Assembly: GCA_046046235.1 (NCBI GenBank)
Contig: JBJOKF010000178.1
Span: forward strand, 1 to 51,654
DNA: 51,654 nt
Origin: Planctomycetota bacterium
GTDB taxonomy: Bacteria; Planctomycetota; Planctomycetia; Pirellulales; UBA1268
Direction: 5' to 3'
Positions 37,315 through 47,047 of the stretch are shown here, piece by piece. Made by a program: the position numbers and the translations under genes. The notes beneath the pieces are model-generated. The model was not told the origin of the DNA, did no database searches, and worked only from the letters and a program-made list of their open reading frames with translations. Numbering within the stretch: position 1 is the first letter of the stretch; each line of letters opens with the position of its first letter.

Positions 37315-38361
37315 CTACGGTTGCCCGTCGTTGCGGGAGGCGAGACCCTGATGCACGGCCCGCGCGATTCCGTAGTCGATCGTCCGCACCGATCCGTCCA
37401 CCATCGCCATGCCGCAGGTGGACGGATGGGCGCTCCCGAAGGCGATCGGCTTGGGATCGGTCTCCTGGCTCGTGGGATAGGCGTTGTAGGGATCGAAGCC
37501 GGGCGTGTCGGGGTAGGGGGGCACGAAGCCCACGCGGACCACGTCGCGGTCGTGACCGGCGTAGAGGCACTGGTCGTCCCCCTGCTCGTTGCCGCTCTCG
37601 ACCAGCGCCGGATCGAGGTACTTCTCGCCCAGCAGATAGGTCTTCGAGGTGCCGTCGGTGACGTCGCGAAGCCGCATCATGCTCCGGCGGAAGATGACCC
37701 CGTCGGGGGCGCGGGGAGGAGAGTAGGCGTTGAAGAAGTAGTTGATCCAGTCCTGGTCGGTGGCCATGTCTCCGATCTGGACCAAGTCGGGGGATCCGCC
37801 GCTCTGGTAGACGAACGGGGGCGCACCGCTGCCCATGCAGGCGGCGTAGTCGCCACGGACAACGAAATCCACCCGCCGCATCACCTCCTGCGGTACCGAA
37901 ACCACGCGAAACTCGCGGCCCGGGGTGACGGCCCAGAGCTTGGGCGGGCGCCGCGAGGGACAGTTGAAGACCGCCAGCGGCTTCGTGAGCCGCTCCACCG
38001 CCTTGTCGGCCTTGGCTTGCGAGTCCTGCATGCCGGCTCCGAGGTTGCGGACGTCGGCCTGCTCGACGAACGGCAGGAGATTGAAGGCCCAGCCGCCAGT
38101 CTGCCGCTTGTCGAAGCCCCGGTCGGGATCGCCCACCCATCGCCAGCCCCAGCCCCCCGTGGGCAAGAATCCGAACGCCTGCTCGTGCTGCAGGCTCCCC
38201 AGCGCGAGCTGCTTGAGATTGGTCTGACACGCGTTCCGCCGGGCGGATTCCCGTGCCGACTGCACCGCCGGCAGCAGCAGCCCCACGAGCACACCGATGA
38301 TGGCGATCACGACGAGGACTTCCACGAGTGTCAGGCCCCGGCGGGCCGGCTGCCGCGTCAT
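37315..38361 (-). CDS. DUF1559 prepilin-type N-terminal cleavage/methylation protein with H-X9-DG motif
   Basis: RRGLTLVEVLVVIAIIGVLVGLLLPAVQSARESARR..C..NLKQ, DGTSKT...GEK, HPSTCGMAMVDGSV. Confidence 0.96.
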   Translation of the reverse strand: MTRQPARRGLTLVEVLVVIAIIGVLVGLLLPAVQSARESARRNACQTNLKQLALGSLQHEQAFGFLPTGGWGWRWVGDPDRGFDKRQTGGWAFNLLPFVEQADVRNLGAGMQDSQAKADKAVERLTKPLAVFNCPSRRPPKLWAVTPGREFRVVSVPQEVMRRVDFVVRGDYAACMGSGAPPFVYQSGGSPDLVQIGDMATDQDWINYFFNAYSPPRAPDGVIFRRSMMRLRDVTDGTSKTYLLGEKYLDPALVESGNEQGDDQCLYAGHDRDVVRVGFVPPYPDTPGFDPYNAYPTSQETDPKPIAFGSAHPSTCGMAMVDGSVRTIDYGIARAVHQGLASRNDGQP

Positions 38362-41300
38362 GGCGACTCTCCCTCCAGCGTGCGGTCCAGGTCGAAGATG
38401 CCAAGTCTGGGCTCACGGCCCATGCCGCTCGCCGCCGCCTCCGAGCCGGCGATGACGAGCACGGGAGGCCCAGCGCCGCTCATGAAGTCGAGGCTCTCGA
38501 TATTCCAGCCGGGCCGCACCTCGTCGAGCGTGGTCGTCGTCGCGATGTCGGAGAATCGCACGCATTCGGCGTCGGCGGTCACCAGGGTTCGATCATCGGG
38601 CGGCCAGGCGATGCCAGCCACATCGCGGGCATGGCGGGGAAGCAGCTTGAGCAGTCGTCCCGACTCCGCGTCGATGATCGACACCTGCCCCTTGGTGGTT
38701 CCGCAGGCGATCCGCCGCCCGTCCGGAGACCAGGCGAGCGCGACAACGATGCCCTCGTCCGGTGGCAATGTCACGACTGTCCTGCCCCCGCCGGCCGACA
38801 ACGGCAATGGGTAGACCAGCACGCGCGGCCCCGCGGCGACGGCTAGCCGCTTGTCGGCGGCCGGCGCGAGATGGACCGCGTCGATCGTCCGCTCGAGCCG
38901 GTCCACTTCCCGCGCGATCTCGAGCGACGCGTTCCAGTCAAGCAGCCGACCGTCGTTGCAGCCGGCCACGAGCCCTCCGGACGACGTCCAGGCGAGGCTG
39001 GTGGTGACGGCCCCATCGATGCGAGGCAGCCGCACGAAATCCGCCGGGCGCTCGTGTCCGCCGGTGCGCTGCGGTTCCGGGGAGGGAATGGCATGCAGTT
39101 CGATCGCACCAGACGTGGGGACGGCGGCAAATCGCCCCCGCCGGGCATCTACCGCCATGCTGAACGCCGCGGCCGTCGCCTGCGAATCGCTCGTCGTGAC
39201 GGCACCGGATGCGAGGTCCACGATGACGTCGCGTCCCTGCAGGCTGAGTACGGCGGTGTCCGCTCGCGGTGGCGCGGCCACGATGCCCACCGCGACCCGC
39301 CGGCCGCGAATCTTGTCTGTCGGCTCCGGGGCACCCGGTATGCGCACGGTGCGCAGGCCGCGGGCCTCCGCCGCCGGCCGGGTATCCCAGCGGCGGAGCG
39401 TGCCGTCGGCGCCGGCGCTCAAGATCATGCCGGCGGCATCGTACCTGACATCCCACGTGCGACCGATGTGGCCGACCAGCTTTCTTTGCTCGCCGCCCGT
39501 CGCAAGGTCGAAGATGCGAATGACGCCATCGCGACAGCCCGTGGCGACGAACTCGCCGCCTGGTGAAAAGTCGCAGCCCTGCACCCAGCCCGGATGGCGG
39601 GGCAGCGTCCGCACGAGCTGCGGGGGATCGAGGGCCCAGACGCGGGGCTCACGATCGGTGCCGCCTGAGACGAGCTTCTTGCCGTCCCTCGACAGCGCAA
39701 TCTGGCCCACGGAGCCGTCATGCCCGGGAAAGGACTCCAGGCCGCCGGTCGCCAGATCGACGATCGAAACCATGCTCCCGCAGGCCGCGACCAGCCGGTC
39801 TTCGCCGACGAACTGCAGCGACTCGATGTCGGCATCGGCGTTGAGCTTCCCGGCGGCGACGGCGGCGGCGAAGGGGTGAAGCGTGCGGACCGGCCGCCCG
39901 TCGGCCACCGACACGAGACAGATTTCCTGGGCGGCGCCGCCGCAGGCGAGAAGTCCACCGGACGGTGCGTAGGCGACGGCGAACAGCGGCCCGGTGGCAC
40001 GATGCGGTTCCCGCTGGCGGGTGCCGTCGGCCGCGGCCCAGAGGCACAGCCTTCCATCCTCGCCGACCGTCGCCACCTGGCCGCCGTCGGGCGAGAAGGC
40101 GATGTCGTTGACCTCGTCATGGGCCACGAACGCCGAGGGCCGGCCGGCCGGAGCGCCGCCGGCGTCGAGCCTGAGAATCGACACGCGCCCGTCCGCGTGT
40201 CCGGCGGCCAGGGATGAGCCGTCGTGGGCACGAGCGACGACATAGATGTCGACCGGCTTCCCCGAGGTCCGGTCGGGATGCAGCAGGATCGCTTGTTCAC
40301 CGTGCAAGCGGCCGAGCAGCCAGCGGCCGGCGAGCGAATCGGCGAGCGCGGCGTCGATCGTGCCACACGCCCGCAGATGGACGACGGCGGCGGCGGCGTC
40401 ACCGCTGCGCCAGGAATCGAAGCCGCGGCGAAGTTCCGCCACCGCCTCACGCTGCCGGATCTCCGCGTGACTTTCCGCGAGGCGACGGGCCTCATGGTCG
40501 CGGGCCCGGGACGACCAGACCGCCACGACGACGGCGGCCGCGGCCGCCGTCGCGAGGAGCCAAGGGATCGGCCGCTTGCGAATCGTACGCATGAGACGCG
40601 CAAGCCATGATCGCGGGCGGGCGCGGGTGGGCGCGTCGGACAGAAAGCGGGCCAGGTCGTCGGCCAACTCGGCGGCCGACGCGTAGCGATCGCTCGGGCG
40701 CTTGGCGAGGCACTTGAGACAGACCGCCGCCAGATCCGCCGGTACTCGCCGGCCCATCCGGTCGGCGGCGACGGGCTCCTCGAGGAGCACGGCCCGAAAG
40801 GTCTCCGCCTCGGTCTTCCCGGCGAACAGGGATCGGCCCGTCAGGAGCCTGTCGAGCAGGAGCCCGAGGGCGTGGACGTCGGTTGCCGGCCCGACCTCGC
40901 CGAACGAGCCGTCGATCTGCTCCGGCGCCATCCACGCGGGAGTGCCGAGGCGGGTGCCGGTGCGGGTGAGTTGCGTCAGCCCGCGATCTTCGAGGTCGTG
41001 AAAGAGCTTGCCGAGCCCGAAGTCGCCGAGCTTCGGGATCATGTGGCCGATGGAATCGGGGCCTGCGGATCCGGTCGCGACAGCCGACGAACCTGCCGGT
41101 GTCGCGAGCAGCACATTGGCCGGCTTGATGTCGCGGTGCACGACGCCGCTCGCGTGGGCGTGGGCGACAGCCTCGGCCAGCGCATGGACGATCTCCGCCG
41201 CTTGCCGGACGGGCAGCGGACCGTGATGCCGCTCCAGCCAGCCGGCCAGATCGCCGCCAGCGCAATATTCATTGGCGATGAAGACGAGTCCCTCCCGCTC

Positions 41301-41786
41301 GCCCACCTCGTGGATGGCGACGATGTGGGGATGCATCAGTCGGGCGGCCAACTCCGCCTCGCGGATGAAACGGCGGCGAAAGGCCGCCGACACCAAGGCC
41401 TCGGGCCGGGCGACCTTGATCGCTACCCGGCGCTGAAGCAGTTCGTCGCGGGCCTCGAGCACGAAGGCGAAAGCCCCGCGGCCCGCCTCCCGCAGAATCT
41501 CGTAGCGACCGATCTGGCGGGGCAGGACGATCGGGTCGTGCTCGACGCCACGATCCGCCGCGGCCACTTGTCGAAGCAGCAGTATCGTGTCGATCGCAGC
41601 GTCGTAGTCGGCCGGCAAGCGGTCGTCGGCCGTGGTTTCGAGGCCGGCTGCTTGGTCTCGGTCGTCAGCCGTATCGCCTTGGCCGCCGAGCCGGTCGTCG
41701 AGATCGGCGAGCCTGGCGATGGCGGCACCGTCCACACCCGCCGGAAGATCGGCATCGTCGGTCGGCTGGAGCGGCTTGTCCGTCAT
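38358..41786 (-). CDS. Hanks-type Ser/Thr kinase with TM segment and WD40 repeats
   Basis: GRGAFAFV, VAIK, HRDIKPANV, DFGL, GTPAWMAPEQ; GH...W/F-D repeats in the C-terminal half. Confidence 0.95.
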   Translation of the reverse strand: MTDKPLQPTDDADLPAGVDGAAIARLADLDDRLGGQGDTADDRDQAAGLETTADDRLPADYDAAIDTILLLRQVAAADRGVEHDPIVLPRQIGRYEILREAGRGAFAFVLEARDELLQRRVAIKVARPEALVSAAFRRRFIREAELAARLMHPHIVAIHEVGEREGLVFIANEYCAGGDLAGWLERHHGPLPVRQAAEIVHALAEAVAHAHASGVVHRDIKPANVLLATPAGSSAVATGSAGPDSIGHMIPKLGDFGLGKLFHDLEDRGLTQLTRTGTRLGTPAWMAPEQIDGSFGEVGPATDVHALGLLLDRLLTGRSLFAGKTEAETFRAVLLEEPVAADRMGRRVPADLAAVCLKCLAKRPSDRYASAAELADDLARFLSDAPTRARPRSWLARLMRTIRKRPIPWLLATAAAAAVVVAVWSSRARDHEARRLAESHAEIRQREAVAELRRGFDSWRSGDAAAAVVHLRACGTIDAALADSLAGRWLLGRLHGEQAILLHPDRTSGKPVDIYVVARAHDGSSLAAGHADGRVSILRLDAGGAPAGRPSAFVAHDEVNDIAFSPDGGQVATVGEDGRLCLWAAADGTRQREPHRATGPLFAVAYAPSGGLLACGGAAQEICLVSVADGRPVRTLHPFAAAVAAGKLNADADIESLQFVGEDRLVAACGSMVSIVDLATGGLESFPGHDGSVGQIALSRDGKKLVSGGTDREPRVWALDPPQLVRTLPRHPGWVQGCDFSPGGEFVATGCRDGVIRIFDLATGGEQRKLVGHIGRTWDVRYDAAGMILSAGADGTLRRWDTRPAAEARGLRTVRIPGAPEPTDKIRGRRVAVGIVAAPPRADTAVLSLQGRDVIVDLASGAVTTSDSQATAAAFSMAVDARRGRFAAVPTSGAIELHAIPSPEPQRTGGHERPADFVRLPRIDGAVTTSLAWTSSGGLVAGCNDGRLLDWNASLEIAREVDRLERTIDAVHLAPAADKRLAVAAGPRVLVYPLPLSAGGGRTVVTLPPDEGIVVALAWSPDGRRIACGTTKGQVSIIDAESGRLLKLLPRHARDVAGIAWPPDDRTLVTADAECVRFSDIATTTTLDEVRPGWNIESLDFMSGAGPPVLVIAGSEAAASGMGREPRLGIFDLDRTLEGESP

Positions 41787-41792
41787 GACGGG

Positions 41793-42446
41793 CTAGTCTT
41801 GGTGCGGCGGATCCTGCGGCCCGGGAGATGCGGCCTGAATCTCGGCATTGAGACGGGCGAGGGCTCGATACCAGAGCTTCCGTGCCGCCTCGTCGGTGCG
41901 GCCGATGCGTGCCGCGATCTGCGGGAAGGTGAGGCCGTCCCAATACCGCAGCCTCAAGACGGTGCGGTAATCCGACGGAACGCGGTCGAGTCCCTGCAAC
42001 ACGCGGGCCGCGTCCTCCCGGCGCATCGCGGAATGCTCCGGAGGCGAGGCGGCACTGCGAAACACCGAAACTCCCTGGCGATCAACGACGACGTCGATGC
42101 TTTCTTCACGATGCGTCGACCGCTTCTGCGAGATTTCGAACCGGCGGACCGCGTCCCGCACGTTGTTGTGCAGAATGCTGCGGAGCCAGGCATAGAGTTC
42201 CTCGGGCGTCGTTCCCCGGAAGCTGAGAAAGTCACGATGGGCGTCGATGGCGGTCTCTTGGACGATGTCCGACGGGCCCAGCTTGGCCCGGAGAGCCAAC
42301 GGCAGTTCCTGTTCTGCATGCAGCAACAGGTGGCTCCGGACCGCCTGTAACAGCGTCCCGAGCGCGGTCGCCGACCCCTGCCGCGCCTGTTCGAGCAGCG
42401 GCGTGACCGCCTCCATCGCAGTGGTGTCGACTGGCGGCAGCGTCAT
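41793..42446 (-). CDS. ECF sigma-70 factor (planctomycete kinase-associated type)
   Basis: LLEQARQG...A...L, KLGPSDIVQET, F.G....E..AWL..IL, LRYWDGLTF.QIA..IGR...A.RKLW.RAL. Start 42446 preferred; the track gives 42527. Confidence 0.93.
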   Translation of the reverse strand: MTLPPVDTTAMEAVTPLLEQARQGSATALGTLLQAVRSHLLLHAEQELPLALRAKLGPSDIVQETAIDAHRDFLSFRGTTPEELYAWLRSILHNNVRDAVRRFEISQKRSTHREESIDVVVDRQGVSVFRSAASPPEHSAMRREDAARVLQGLDRVPSDYRTVLRLRYWDGLTFPQIAARIGRTDEAARKLWYRALARLNAEIQAASPGPQDPPHQD

Positions 42447-42500
42447 GCGGTCCGATCCATTGTCGTGCGGCCCTGAAGCGGCCGCCCCGCTCGGCCCCTC

Positions 42501-42523
42501 GGCGGCGTCTACGGCCAAAACCG
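42501..42523 (-). promoter_or_regulatory. Motif CGGTTT-N8-GACGCCGCC upstream of the ECF gene (copy 2)
   Basis: Matches 37211-37233 at all 15 fixed positions. Confidence 0.4.
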
Positions 42524-42599
42524 ACAAAAGAGCCTACCAAGCGGGGGAACCCCATTTCCATGGGGGGCTTGAGGCCGTGGGGATCGTAGCGTCGCCGCA

Positions 42600-43853
42600 T
42601 TAGCGGACGATGTCGATCGCGAGCGGAGCCGGTCCGGGCGGGTTCGAGAAGTCGAGCCGCCAGGGAGACGCGTCGGGCCGCGGCTTATTTGTCGTGACCA
42701 CGCCGCTCGTTCCGTCGACGCCCGGCGTATCGGCGGCGGAGTACGTCACGGTCACACGCACCGGCCCGGCGACGGGTCCGAGCTTGTCGCCGAGCGCGAA
42801 GTCGCCGTTGCGAACCCGCGCCGTCGCGACCGGCGCCCGGGGGTTCTCCGGGGCGAAAGAGATCATGCCCCAGCTGACAGGCTTCCCGTCGATCGTCACC
42901 TTGCCCTTCACGGGCACGCGCGTGGCGACGGCCAGAAACCCCCTGTCGCGGAGCCAGTCGGCCAGGTGATCCGGCCACGTTGAGAGGACGGGATCCCCGA
43001 GGGCGAAGCCGACGCCATGCGCTCCGCGCTCGTACACGTGCAGCTCGGCGGGAACCTTGTGACGCCGGCAGGCGAGATAGAAGCTGACCACGTTCTCGGC
43101 CGGCACGCCCGCGTCTTCGTCGGTCTGGAAGAGGAACGTCGGCGGCGTGGTCGCCGTCACGCGGGTGTCGGTGTCGAGTTTCCGAGCCGCCGCGTCGTCC
43201 TCGGCCGCCGGGCCGAGGAGGTTTTTGCGCGACCCGCGATGGGCGTGCCGCTCCGACATCGAGATCACGGGATAGCCGAGCACGGCCACGTCGGGCCGGG
43301 CGCTCACCGCGTCGACCTCGTCCTGCGTGGCCCCATCGGGCCGCTCGTCGAAGAGCGTGGCCGCCATCGAGGCCAGGTGCCCCCCCGCGGAGAAGCCGAT
43401 GATGCCGATCCGCTGCGGATCGACCTTGTATCGCGCGGCGTTGGCCCGGACATGCCGGATCGCCCGCTGCACGTCGAGGAGCTGCGCGGGATAGTGATAT
43501 CCCTGGCTACCGAGCCGGTAGTGGAGCACGAAGGCGGTCGCACCGATGCCGTTGGCCCAGCGGGCGATCTGGGTGCCCTCGTGGTCGGCCGCGAGCGCGC
43601 CGTAGCCGCCGCCGGGGCAGATCACGAAGGCGGGGCCGCCGGCGGCTTCTTCAGCAGCGGGGTAGACCTCGAGAAACGGCTGATCGGACTCGGACGTGCC
43701 CTTGGAGAGCGGTGCCGCGTCGGGCCAGAGCGGCACGATGACCGGCTCGGCGGCCGCGGACGGACACGGATTCCAGGCGGCGAGCGCCACGATCAGCGTG
43801 GCCAGCCCATGCGGGCACATGCCCGACAGCTTCGCACCAAAACGACCCGCCAT
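42600..43853 (-). CDS. Exported alpha/beta hydrolase (carbohydrate-esterase-like) with extra C-terminal beta domain
   Basis: CPGGGY, GFSAGGHLA nucleophile elbow, D..VP, H.Y..G.HG; tail PVKGKVTIDGKPV..G.ISF.P. Start could be 43820. Confidence 0.9.
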   Translation of the reverse strand: MAGRFGAKLSGMCPHGLATLIVALAAWNPCPSAAAEPVIVPLWPDAAPLSKGTSESDQPFLEVYPAAEEAAGGPAFVICPGGGYGALAADHEGTQIARWANGIGATAFVLHYRLGSQGYHYPAQLLDVQRAIRHVRANAARYKVDPQRIGIIGFSAGGHLASMAATLFDERPDGATQDEVDAVSARPDVAVLGYPVISMSERHAHRGSRKNLLGPAAEDDAAARKLDTDTRVTATTPPTFLFQTDEDAGVPAENVVSFYLACRRHKVPAELHVYERGAHGVGFALGDPVLSTWPDHLADWLRDRGFLAVATRVPVKGKVTIDGKPVSWGMISFAPENPRAPVATARVRNGDFALGDKLGPVAGPVRVTVTYSAADTPGVDGTSGVVTTNKPRPDASPWRLDFSNPPGPAPLAIDIVR

Positions 43854-44095
43854 AGTGCACGCTCCCCAATCGTTGCCACGAGCCCGCCCTGAGCCACGGA
43901 TCGCAGCACTGTACCATCCCCGGGGGAAAGGGCACGGGGGCGGTCCGAAGGCTGCCGCTGACACGCCGGGCCCCCGGCTGCGAATGGCACAAAACAGCAT
44001 GCCTGGGCACGATTGGCCATTGCCCACGCAGCGATCATGACGGAATGTGGGGGGACTATTCTTCCGACGGTCAGCCCCGTACAGGAGTTCGTCCT

Positions 44096-45394
44096 ATGAG
44101 CGACTCGAACGTTCGCCCGGCCCGTCCGCACCGCCGGGACATTCTCCGCAGCACCGCAGCAGTGGCGGCCGGCGCGATGGTGCACGGCTCGGCTGCGGCT
44201 GCCGAAGCGCCCAGGCCTCTACGGCTTGCCGTCGTCGGCTGCGGCGGCCGCGGGAGCGGCGCCATCAACGACTCGCTGTCGATCAACGAGGGCGTCACGC
44301 TCGTCGCCCTGGCCGACCTCTACGAAGACCGCTGCGCGAAGCTCCGCAAGACACTGGCCGAAGCCCACCCCGGCAAGGTTGACGTGCCTGATGCGGCGCT
44401 CTACGGCGGGCTCGACGGCTACAAGCGGGTGCTCGACGACGCGAGCGTGGACGTCGTGCTGATGACGACCTCCCCGGGCTTCCGGCCGCGGCTCGTTCGC
44501 GCGGCGGTCGAGGCTGGCAAGCACGTCTTCGCCGAGAAGCCGGCCTGCGTCGATGTCGCCGGCTACCGCACCTGCCTCGAGGCGCATGACCTGGCCGCTG
44601 CCCGGGGCACCGCGATCGTCACGGGCACGCAGTATCGGCGGCAGGTCAACTTCGTCGGCGCGATCGAGCAGATTCGCGCCGGGGCCATCGGCGACGTGAT
44701 CGGCGCCACCGCCCGCTACTGTTCCGGCGGCATCTGGTATCGGCCGCGGCAGGAGGGGATGAGCGACACGGAATATCAGCTCAACAACTGGATGCACTTC
44801 ATCTGGCTCAGCGGCGACCAGATCGTCGAGCAGGCCGTGCACAACATCGACGCCATGAACTGGGTCATGGGCGGTCCACCGGTCGCGGCCTTCGGGCAGG
44901 GCGGCCGGTTCACCCGTCCTGCCGACAGCGAGATGTGGGACAGCATGAGCGTCGACTACGAGTATGCGGGCGACCGTCGCGTTTCGTTCATGTGCCGCCA
45001 GATCCCGGGGACCGCGGCGGACGTGAGCAACGTCGTCTTCGGCACGAAGGGCATCTGCCACATCGGCGCGTCGAGTGCGGGGTCGTCGATCGTGGACCGG
45101 TCTGGAAAGAAGGTCTGGGAGATGGCCGGCCGCATTTCGGACGCCTACAGGCAGGAGCACAAGGATCTCGTCGACTCAATCCGCGCCGGCAAGCCGATCG
45201 TCGAGCTGCGGGAGACCGCCGACAGCTCGCTGGCGGCGGTGCTCGGCCGGTTGGCCGCGTATACCGGCCAACGCGTGACCTGGGATTTTCTCACCAACAA
45301 GTCCGAACTCGATCTCTTTCCCAAGGAGCTTTCCTGGGGCGGCTCGCTCCCCGCGCCGCAGCCCGCGATTCCGGGCAAGACCAAGCTCGGCTGA
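44096..45394 (+). CDS. Tat-exported Gfo/Idh/MocA oxidoreductase
   Basis: AGGAG RBS; HRRDIL twin-arginine signal; VGCGGRG; HVFAEKP; EQAVHNID. Confidence 0.93.
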   Translation: MSDSNVRPARPHRRDILRSTAAVAAGAMVHGSAAAAEAPRPLRLAVVGCGGRGSGAINDSLSINEGVTLVALADLYEDRCAKLRKTLAEAHPGKVDVPDAALYGGLDGYKRVLDDASVDVVLMTTSPGFRPRLVRAAVEAGKHVFAEKPACVDVAGYRTCLEAHDLAAARGTAIVTGTQYRRQVNFVGAIEQIRAGAIGDVIGATARYCSGGIWYRPRQEGMSDTEYQLNNWMHFIWLSGDQIVEQAVHNIDAMNWVMGGPPVAAFGQGGRFTRPADSEMWDSMSVDYEYAGDRRVSFMCRQIPGTAADVSNVVFGTKGICHIGASSAGSSIVDRSGKKVWEMAGRISDAYRQEHKDLVDSIRAGKPIVELRETADSSLAAVLGRLAAYTGQRVTWDFLTNKSELDLFPKELSWGGSLPAPQPAIPGKTKLG

Positions 45395-45419
45395 GCCTCT
45401 TCCGACGCTGGAGTCGGCG

Positions 45420-47024
45420 TCAGGAACTGCACGAGAGCATCGAGCAGCCTGGACGGTGGCGGGCCCATTCGGGACGCTTGGCCGCGAAGGCGTCGCGGCC
45501 AGGCTGCGGCGTGTAGGGGTGGCGGAGGACATCGAGCCATTCGCGAACGCCCGAGAAGTCGCCCGTCTCGGCCTTGTCGATCGCCAACTGCGCGAGGTAA
45601 TTCCGCGGCACGTACAGCGGATTGACGGCGTTCATCCGCCCCTGGCGGACGCCAGCAGGGACCGCCTCGGCCCGTGTGCGGGCTTGATACCGCATCAGCC
45701 AACTGGCGAGCGCTGCGCGCCCGGACGCGGCACCGGTTTCAGAATCGTAGAGTGCGTCTGCGACGACCGCGAGCAACCCCGCCGGCTCTGACGCCTGCTG
45801 TTCGGAGCCGGGGAGGTCGGCGAGCCTGCGGAAGAAGAGCGTCATGTCGATGTCTGCCTCGGCCAGCACCGGCCAGAGATCGGCCACGAGCGGGTCGTCC
45901 TGGTCACCATCGGGCGACGCGAGTCCCAGCTTCGCGGCCATCATCTGCCGGTAGCCCCGCTGAAACGTCTCGGCATAGGCATCGAGGCCAGCCTCGAGGG
46001 GCGGCGAGGAGCCGACCAGTGGAAACAGGGCATTGGCCAGCTGGAGCAGGTTCCAGTGGGCGATCTGCGGCTGGGCGATGAACCGGTAGCGGCGTCCCTC
46101 GGCGTCGGTCGTGTTCGGCGTCCAATCGGGGTCCACGTTTTCGAGCCATCCGTAGGGGCCGTAGTCGATGGTGAGGCCAAGGATCGACATGTTGTCGGTG
46201 TTCATCACGCCGTGGACGAAGCCGACCCGCATCCAATGGATGATCATGTCGGCCGTGCGGCGGCAGACGGCTTCGAAGAACCGGGCGTAGGTCTCGGCCG
46301 AGGGGCCACCGTCCGGCGGCCAGAGCTCCGGGTAGTCGCAACGGATCGTGAAGTCGGAGAGGCGGCGGAGCTCGGCGATCTCCTGCCGGGCGGTGAAGAT
46401 CTGGAAGTTGCCGAACCGAGTGAAGGACGGGGCCACGCGGCACAGCACAGCCCCGGGCTCGGGCCGCGGGCGGCCGTCGTAGAACATGTCGCGGACCACC
46501 TGCTCGCCGGTGGCGACCAGGCAGAGCGCCCGCGTCGTCGGCACGCCCAGGTGATGCATCGCCTCGCTGCAGACAAACTCGCGGACGCTCGACCGCATCA
46601 CGGCCAGGCCGTCCGCCGTCCGCGAATAGGGCGTGGGGCCGGCCCCCTTGAGCTGGAGCGTCCAGTGCTCGCCGCGGGCGCTCTCGACCTCACCCAAATT
46701 GATGGCGCGGCCGTCGCCGAGCTGACCGGCCCAGTGGCCGAACTGGTGGCCGCCGTAGCACATGGCATAGGGCTCCATGCCGGGCAGCAGCCGGTTGCCG
46801 CCGAACACCTCGGCAAACTCCTGCTCATCCTCCGGAGATACGACGAGGTCGAGGAGCCCTGCCACTTCCGCCGCGACAGCCACCAGCCGCGGGGCGGCCA
46901 CGGGCGTCGGCAACGCGTGGGACCAACAGGCCTGCCGCACCTGACGGCGGGTGCTGCCGGGCTCGGGGTCGCCCGGCAGTTCGCGGGTGAAGCGGTTTGT
47001 GAAGCGGAGCGACTCGAGCGGCAT
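45420..47024 (-). CDS. selO: Protein adenylyltransferase SelO/YdiU
   Basis: YGGHQFG..AGQLGDGRA, QLKGAG.TPYSR..DG, HGVMNTDN, IDYGPYG, C-terminal SCSS. Confidence 0.96.
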   Translation of the reverse strand: MPLESLRFTNRFTRELPGDPEPGSTRRQVRQACWSHALPTPVAAPRLVAVAAEVAGLLDLVVSPEDEQEFAEVFGGNRLLPGMEPYAMCYGGHQFGHWAGQLGDGRAINLGEVESARGEHWTLQLKGAGPTPYSRTADGLAVMRSSVREFVCSEAMHHLGVPTTRALCLVATGEQVVRDMFYDGRPRPEPGAVLCRVAPSFTRFGNFQIFTARQEIAELRRLSDFTIRCDYPELWPPDGGPSAETYARFFEAVCRRTADMIIHWMRVGFVHGVMNTDNMSILGLTIDYGPYGWLENVDPDWTPNTTDAEGRRYRFIAQPQIAHWNLLQLANALFPLVGSSPPLEAGLDAYAETFQRGYRQMMAAKLGLASPDGDQDDPLVADLWPVLAEADIDMTLFFRRLADLPGSEQQASEPAGLLAVVADALYDSETGAASGRAALASWLMRYQARTRAEAVPAGVRQGRMNAVNPLYVPRNYLAQLAIDKAETGDFSGVREWLDVLRHPYTPQPGRDAFAAKRPEWARHRPGCSMLSCSS

Positions 47025-47047
47025 GCGAGGAACGGTCCGGACCGTGG

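Noticed and set aside
45420-45440. Selenocysteine readthrough at the selO TGA (…CSS-TGA)
   Set aside because: The Sec of eukaryotic SelO corresponds to the Cys in SCSS, which is already Cys here; the TGA is at the normal family end.
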